This document shows, piece by piece, positions 6,471 to 10,598 of a DNA stretch of 10,598 bases. Origin of the DNA: a virus (Duplodnaviria; Heunggongvirae; Uroviricota; Caudoviricetes); IMG/VR virus record IMGVR_UViG_2778261346_000012. One strand, 5' to 3'. How positions within the stretch are numbered: the first letter of the stretch is position 1; each line of letters opens with the position of its first letter. Below the pieces are notes generated by a model. The model had not been told where the DNA came from and made no database searches. It saw only the letters and a program-made list of their open reading frames with translations. Both the position numbers and the translations under genes were made by a program.

Positions 6471-7066
6471 TGATGCCCGCTCTGCAAAAACTCCCTTTTT
6501 CTGGCTTGCCTTTTTCCGGCATTTGCGGATATAGTCTTTCCGTTGCCGCAAAATCGGCAGCCGGGCGTGAGAACCCGTGTAGCTCGAAGGCGACATATGA
6601 CGCGCCATGCGTCTTTTTTTGTGTCGCAATCAATGCCACAGAGCGCCAGATTATGGTGTGGTGTGTGGTCAGTCGTGCAGATGGCATTCCGTGCATCCTG
6701 CCTGCGTCCGCTCATTATGCCGCAGAGTCAATGGTAGCTCAGGCGGGGCAGCCTCCGGGCTGGCCGGTATTCTTCGAGGCCGGTATTCTCACCCCCGTCT
6801 GGGCTATCGCCATCGAGCGTGAGAACTCCGGCGATAGCAGTTATTTGCTACTCGAAGGAGGCTGCCTTATGGCTACAACCCTTACCCCCTCACACCCTGA
6901 ATTTGTCTTTGTGTTTGCGGCTGTCCGTCGCGCAGACCGTCATCCCCGTATCTGTATGCTTCGCACCGTCGCCGGTGATGAACGCAGTGCCCGCCGTTCC
7001 CTTGTCCGTGACTATGTGCTCTCCCTTGCTGCCCGTCTGCCGGTGGTGGAGGTGTCCCGTGCGTAA
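6467..7066 (+). CDS. eta: Eta (P4 orf199); reading frame spans PLE, the cI RNA region and the nested kil gene
   Basis: 199-codon ORF beginning with three consecutive ATGs (6467-6475). This fits my recollection of P4 eta as 197-199 aa with three candidate start codons. Whether the whole frame is translated is uncertain because an RNA gene and promoter lie inside it. Confidence 0.6.
   Translation: MMMPALQKLPFSGLPFSGICGYSLSVAAKSAAGRENPCSSKATYDAPCVFFCVAINATERQIMVWCVVSRADGIPCILPASAHYAAESMVAQAGQPPGWPVFFEAGILTPVWAIAIERENSGDSSYLLLEGGCLMATTLTPSHPEFVFVFAAVRRADRHPRICMLRTVAGDERSARRSLVRDYVLSLAARLPVVEVSRA
6506..6535 (+). promoter_or_regulatory. PLE, candidate constitutive sigma70 early promoter
   Basis: -35 TTGCCT (6506-6511), 18-bp spacer, -10 TATAGT (6530-6535). 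Predicted TSS near 6542, just upstream of seqA. Confidence 0.5.
6565..6590 (+). promoter_or_regulatory. seqA-like immunity target in the PLE leader
   Basis: GCGTGAGAAC...CTCGAAGG. Both blocks are complementary to the seqB core inside the predicted CI RNA (CTTCGAG...TTCTCAC at 6772-6792) and recur at 6817-6858. Confidence 0.5.
6737..6804 (+). ncRNA. cI: CI immunity RNA (P4 cI / C4-type antisense RNA), boundaries approximate
   Basis: A 12-bp closing stem (GCTCAGGCGGGG 6737-6748 pairs with CCCCGTCTGGGC 6793-6804, including 2 G-U pairs) encloses about 44 nt that contain the seqB-like segment complementary to the upstream and downstream targets. About 68 nt, close to the ~69-nt size I recall for P4 CI RNA. 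Lies between PLE and kil as in P4. Confidence 0.5.
6817..6858 (+). promoter_or_regulatory. seqC-like immunity target overlapping the kil translation initiation region
   Basis: GCGTGAGAAC (6817-6826) and CTCGAAGG (6851-6858) repeat the seqA blocks. The second block overlaps the kil RBS AAGGAGG (6855-6861). Confidence 0.5.
6869..7066 (+). CDS. kil: Kil, 65-aa protein nested in-frame in the 3' end of eta
   Basis: In-frame ATG at 6869 with an AAGGAGG RBS 7 nt upstream gives exactly 65 codons to the shared TAA stop. Matches my recollection of P4 kil as a 65-aa product and the first translated gene downstream of PLE. Confidence 0.6.
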   Translation: MATTLTPSHPEFVFVFAAVRRADRHPRICMLRTVAGDERSARRSLVRDYVLSLAARLPVVEVSRA

Positions 7067-7346
7067 TAAAAAAGCCCCTCAGACCGTCTCAGCGCGTCAT
7101 GACGCCCGTGAACACCTCAGCATTGAGGCTTACCATAAGCTCAACCGCGCCAGCGCCGTATCCCAGTTTGTTGGGGGTGATTTGATTCACCGTGAACTCT
7201 CCGGCCTGCATCAGCTCTACATTCCGCATATTTTCAGCTACCTGAATGAAGATATTGATTTTGTGCTGAATGAACTGAAAGCCAAAGGCCTGTGCCGCGA
7301 TTTTCTCGCCCAGCAGAAAGACCGGGGAGACAGGACGCATGTTTGA
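7059..7346 (+). CDS. epsilon: Epsilon, helper-prophage derepressor (anti-repressor of the P2 C repressor)
   Basis: GTG start at 7059 with a GGAGG RBS (7048-7052) 6 nt upstream, overlapping the eta/kil stop. 95 codons to TGA 7344-7346, matching the ~95 aa I recall for P4 epsilon. The ORF-track frame extends upstream to 6819 but overlaps kil and lacks a convincing start there. Stop overlaps the orf151 ATG. Confidence 0.55.
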   Translation: MRNKKAPQTVSARHDAREHLSIEAYHKLNRASAVSQFVGGDLIHRELSGLHQLYIPHIFSYLNEDIDFVLNELKAKGLCRDFLAQQKDRGDRTHV

Positions 7347-7794
7347 TTTTCCCCAGCCCGGTGAGATTTACCGTTCTGCCGGTTTTCCCGATGTGGCCGT
7401 GGTCGGCATTCTGGAAGACGGTATTCCGTGGGAAATGCCGTACCGCTGCCCGGAAATTGTCTGGAACCCGTACCGCCGTAAATTCAGTATCCTTGTGCGT
7501 ATCCTCGCTGACGGACGCACCACAGACATCCCGCTGGGGCGTTTTCTGCGGGAATTTACCTGTGACCGTCCTGACCTGTTTAAACGCAGCCCCGTAAACC
7601 GGCATGCGGTACTGAAAGAAATGGCCGGAGACCCGGAATTACAGAAATGGCGGGAAAAATATCTGGATATTTACCCGCAGGACACTGTTCCGGTCAGCCG
7701 GGCAGCACCGGTGGCGCGGGAATGGCGGGAAATTCCCCGCACGGAGCCTGACCCGGAAACCACCCCGGATAACAGTTACCGCAATTATCTGTAA
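7339..7794 (+). CDS. Conserved P4 left-operon protein (orf151 equivalent), function unknown
   Basis: 151-aa ORF, ATG start overlapping the epsilon stop. Size and position match P4 orf151 as I recall it. Confidence 0.75.
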   Translation: MFDFPQPGEIYRSAGFPDVAVVGILEDGIPWEMPYRCPEIVWNPYRRKFSILVRILADGRTTDIPLGRFLREFTCDRPDLFKRSPVNRHAVLKEMAGDPELQKWREKYLDIYPQDTVPVSRAAPVAREWREIPRTEPDPETTPDNSYRNYL

Positions 7795-7929
7795 TTAAAA
7801 AACGACCCCCGAAAAATTAAATGTGCGTATTCGCGCAGGGATACGCACGTCTTCAGGAGACGCAGATATGCCTTATCAGTTAATGCAACCGGCACGGAAT
7901 GCAGTCATCTGTCACAGGGAGAAAAGCAA

Positions 7930-8250
7930 ATGAAAACACCCTTACCGCCCGTCTTACGCGCTGCCCTTTACCGTCGCGCTGTCGCCTGTGCCTGGCTGAC
8001 CGTGTGCGAACGTCAGCACCGCTACCCGCATCTCACCCTTGAGTCACTGGAGGCGGCCATCGCCGCTGAGCTGGAAGGCTTTTATCTGCGCCAGCACGGT
8101 GAGGAAAAAGGGCGTCAGATAGCCTGTGCCCTGCTGGAAGATTTAATGGAATCCGGCCCCCTGAAGGCCGCGCCGTCGCTGTCCTTTCTCGGGCTGGTTG
8201 TGATGGATGAACTCTGTGCCCGTCACATAAAAGCGCCGGTACTGCACTGA
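7930..8250 (+). CDS. Conserved P4 left-operon protein (orf106 equivalent), function unknown
   Basis: 106-aa ORF, AGGGAG RBS 8 nt upstream of ATG 7930. Immediately upstream of alpha. Confidence 0.7.
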
Positions 8251-8264
8251 AGGAGAACAACACC

Positions 8265-10598
8265 ATGAAAATGAACGTAACCGCCACCGTCAGCCATGCG
8301 CTCGGCCACTGGCCGCGTATTCTCCCGGCGCTGGGGATTCAGGTGCTGAAAAACCGTCATCAGCCCTGTCCGGTCTGTGGCGGGAGTGACCGCTTCCGTT
8401 TTGATGACAGGGAGGGGCGCGGCACCTGGTACTGCAATCAGTGTGGTGCCGGTGACGGCCTGAAACTGGTTGAAAAGGTGTTTGGTGTTTCCCCGTCCGA
8501 CGCGGCCGCAAAGGTGGCTGCCGTGACCGGCAGCCTGCCCACGGCTGACCCGGCAGTGACGGCCGCCGCCGGCGCTGAAACAGACGCTGCCCGGAAGAAC
8601 GCCGCCGCACTGGCACAAACCCTGATGGCAAAAACCCGTCCCGGAACCGGTAACGCCTACCTGACCCGCAAGGGCTTTCCCGGCCGGGAATGCCGGATGC
8701 TGACCGGCACACACAGAGCCGGTGGCGTGAGCTGGCGCGCCGGTGACCTTGTGGTGCCACTGTATGACGACAGCGGCGAACTGGTTAACCTTCAGTTAAT
8801 CAGTGCTGACGGCCGTAAGCGCACCCTGAAAGGCGGACAGGTCAGGGGCACCTGTCACACCCTTGAAGGACAGAATCAGGCCGGAAAACGTCTGTGGATA
8901 GCGGAGGGATACGCGACCGCACTTACCGTACATCACCTGACCGGTGAAACGGTGATGGTGGCGCTTTCTTCCGTGAACCTCCTTTCTCTGGCCAGCCTTG
9001 CCCGGCAGAAGCATCCGGCCTGTCAGATTGTCCTTGCCGCAGACCGTGACCTCAGCGGTGACGGCCAGAAAAAAGCCGCCGCAGCCGCAGATGCGTGTGA
9101 GGGCGTTGTTGCCCTGCCGCCGGTCTTCGGTGACTGGAATGATGCCTTCACGCAGTACGGCGGGGAAGCCACCCGTAAGGCCATTTATGATGCCATCCGG
9201 CCACCGGCTGAAAGCCCGTTCGACACCATGAGCGAAGCGGAGTTTTCCGCCATGAGTACCAGCGAAAAGGCCATGCGTATCTATGAGCATTACGGCGAGG
9301 CGCTCGCGGTCGATGCCAACGGCCAGCTTCTGTCCCGCTATGAAAATGGTGTCTGGAAGGTGCTGCCGCCACAGGACTTTGCCCGGGATGTGGCCGGGCT
9401 GTTTCAGCGTCTGCGCGCGCCGTTCTCCTCCGGGAAAGTGGCCTCCGTGGTGGACACCCTGAAGCTGATTATTCCGCAGCAGGAAGCCCCCTCCCGCCGC
9501 CTGATTGGCTTTCGTAACGGCGTGCTCGACACGCAGAACGGCACGTTCCACCCGCACAGTCCGTCACACTGGATGCGCACCCTGTGCGATGTGGATTTCA
9601 CCCCGCCGGTGGACGGTGAAACGCTGGAGACCCACGCCCCCGCGTTCTGGCGCTGGCTTGACCGTGCCGCCGGTGGCCGTGCGGAAAAACGCGACGTGAT
9701 TCTGGCCGCACTGTTTATGGTGCTGGCAAACCGCTACGACTGGCAGCTCTTTCTGGAGGTGACCGGTCCCGGCGGCAGCGGCAAAAGTATCATGGCCGAA
9801 ATAGCCACCCTGCTGGCCGGGGAGGATAACGCCACGTCGGCCACCATTGAGACGCTGGAATCCCCGCGTGAACGTGCCGCGTTAACTGGCTTCTCACTGA
9901 TACGCCTGCCGGACCAGGAAAAATGGAGCGGCGACGGAGCCGGACTCAAGGCTATCACCGGCGGCGATGCGGTGTCCGTTGACCCGAAATACCGGGATGC
10001 GTACTCCACGCATATCCCGGCGGTGATTCTGGCCGTGAACAATAACCCGATGCGCTTCACCGACCGCAGCGGCGGCGTGTCACGCCGGCGGGTGATTATT
10101 CACTTCCCGGAACAGATAGCCCCGCAGGAGCGCGACCCGCAGCTTAAGGACAAAATCACCCGCGAGCTGGCGGTCATCGTGCGTCACCTGATGCAGAAGT
10201 TCAGCGACCCGATGCTCGCCCGGTCACTGCTTCAGTCCCAGCAGAACTCAGACGAGGCACTGAACATCAAACGGGATGCCGACCCGACGTTTGATTTTAT
10301 CGGCTATCTGGAAACCCTGCCGCAGACCAGCGGCATGTATATGGGGAACGCCAGTATCATCCCGCGTAATTACCGTAAATACCTCTATCACGCCTATCTG
10401 GCCTACATGGAGGCAAACGGCTACCGGAATGTACTCAGTCTGAAAATGTTCGGGCTGGGGCTGCCGGTGATGCTGAAGGAATACGGACTGAATTACGAGA
10501 AGCGCCATACCAAACAGGGGATACAGACCAACCTGACACTGAAAGAGGAAAGCTACGGCGACTGGCTGCCAAAATGTGACGCCCCTGCAACAACCTGA
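8265..10598 (+). CDS. alpha: Alpha, multifunctional primase-helicase replication protein
   Basis: 777-aa ORF, the P4 alpha length. AGGAG RBS 9 nt upstream. N-terminal zinc ribbon CPVCGGSDRFRFDD...YCNQCG. Primase/TOPRIM-like WIAEGYATALTV and LAADRDLSGDGQ. Walker A VTGPGGSGKS in the helicase domain. C-terminal region is expected to bind the iterons. Confidence 0.95.
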   Translation: MKMNVTATVSHALGHWPRILPALGIQVLKNRHQPCPVCGGSDRFRFDDREGRGTWYCNQCGAGDGLKLVEKVFGVSPSDAAAKVAAVTGSLPTADPAVTAAAGAETDAARKNAAALAQTLMAKTRPGTGNAYLTRKGFPGRECRMLTGTHRAGGVSWRAGDLVVPLYDDSGELVNLQLISADGRKRTLKGGQVRGTCHTLEGQNQAGKRLWIAEGYATALTVHHLTGETVMVALSSVNLLSLASLARQKHPACQIVLAADRDLSGDGQKKAAAAADACEGVVALPPVFGDWNDAFTQYGGEATRKAIYDAIRPPAESPFDTMSEAEFSAMSTSEKAMRIYEHYGEALAVDANGQLLSRYENGVWKVLPPQDFARDVAGLFQRLRAPFSSGKVASVVDTLKLIIPQQEAPSRRLIGFRNGVLDTQNGTFHPHSPSHWMRTLCDVDFTPPVDGETLETHAPAFWRWLDRAAGGRAEKRDVILAALFMVLANRYDWQLFLEVTGPGGSGKSIMAEIATLLAGEDNATSATIETLESPRERAALTGFSLIRLPDQEKWSGDGAGLKAITGGDAVSVDPKYRDAYSTHIPAVILAVNNNPMRFTDRSGGVSRRRVIIHFPEQIAPQERDPQLKDKITRELAVIVRHLMQKFSDPMLARSLLQSQQNSDEALNIKRDADPTFDFIGYLETLPQTSGMYMGNASIIPRNYRKYLYHAYLAYMEANGYRNVLSLKMFGLGLPVMLKEYGLNYEKRHTKQGIQTNLTLKEESYGDWLPKCDAPATT

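Larger units (their letters stand above)
1..10598. mobile_element. P4-like phage satellite, near-complete (int through alpha); att ends and crr lie outside the window
   Basis: Co-linear set of P4 hallmark genes with matching sizes: int, psu 190 aa, delta 166 aa, sid 244 aa, vis 88 aa, eta 199 aa, kil 65 aa, epsilon 95 aa, orf151, orf106, alpha 777 aa. Also a P2/P4 19-nt cos sequence and TGTTCACC ori iterons. No capsid or tail genes, so helper-dependent. Confidence 0.92.

Noticed and set aside
6321-6822. Minus-strand and alternative-frame ORFs overlapping vis/eta (64-126 aa)
   Set aside because: They overlap the vis/eta/cI region, which is explained by known P4 features. Translations are Arg/Cys/His-rich and low-complexity.
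6819-7058. N-terminal 80 codons of the 175-aa ORF (6819..7346)
   Set aside because: This part overlaps kil/eta in another frame and has no convincing start or RBS. Only the 3' 95 codons, from GTG 7059 with a GGAGG RBS, are called as epsilon.
8223-9601. Minus-strand ORFs (up to 253 aa) antisense to alpha
   Set aside because: Same reasoning: GC-rich antisense frames within the conserved alpha gene, with Arg/Pro/Gly-rich low-complexity translations typical of non-coding frames.
1-10598. tRNA gene or attachment site within the window
   Set aside because: No tRNA-like cloverleaf or flanking direct repeat found by eye. The window starts at the int ATG, so the integration-site tRNA is expected just upstream, outside the sequence.

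Overview
This window is an almost complete P4-like phage satellite of the Enterobacterales type, running from the integrase start codon (1) to the alpha primase-helicase stop codon (10598). Gene order and protein sizes follow the P4 blueprint: int (+), a cargo hotspot, cos, psu-delta-sid (-), the Psid / ori iteron / PLL control region, then vis-eta (with nested cI RNA and kil)-epsilon-orf151-orf106-alpha (+). The conserved core is GC-rich. The slot between int and cos, where P4 carries cII-beta-gop, is instead filled by a visibly AT-rich two-gene operon: a 623-aa SF2 DEAH-box helicase-family protein with a long motif-less C-terminal extension, and an overlapping 140-aa protein with no recognisable motifs. 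This is the best candidate for an undescribed anti-phage defence system. Its function is inferred from position and architecture, not from recognised homology. No tRNA, att site, CRISPR array, rRNA or structural (capsid/tail) gene is visible; attL/attR and crr are expected just outside the window. All calls rest on reading the sequence and on recalled knowledge of P4 biology; no database search or computation was run.
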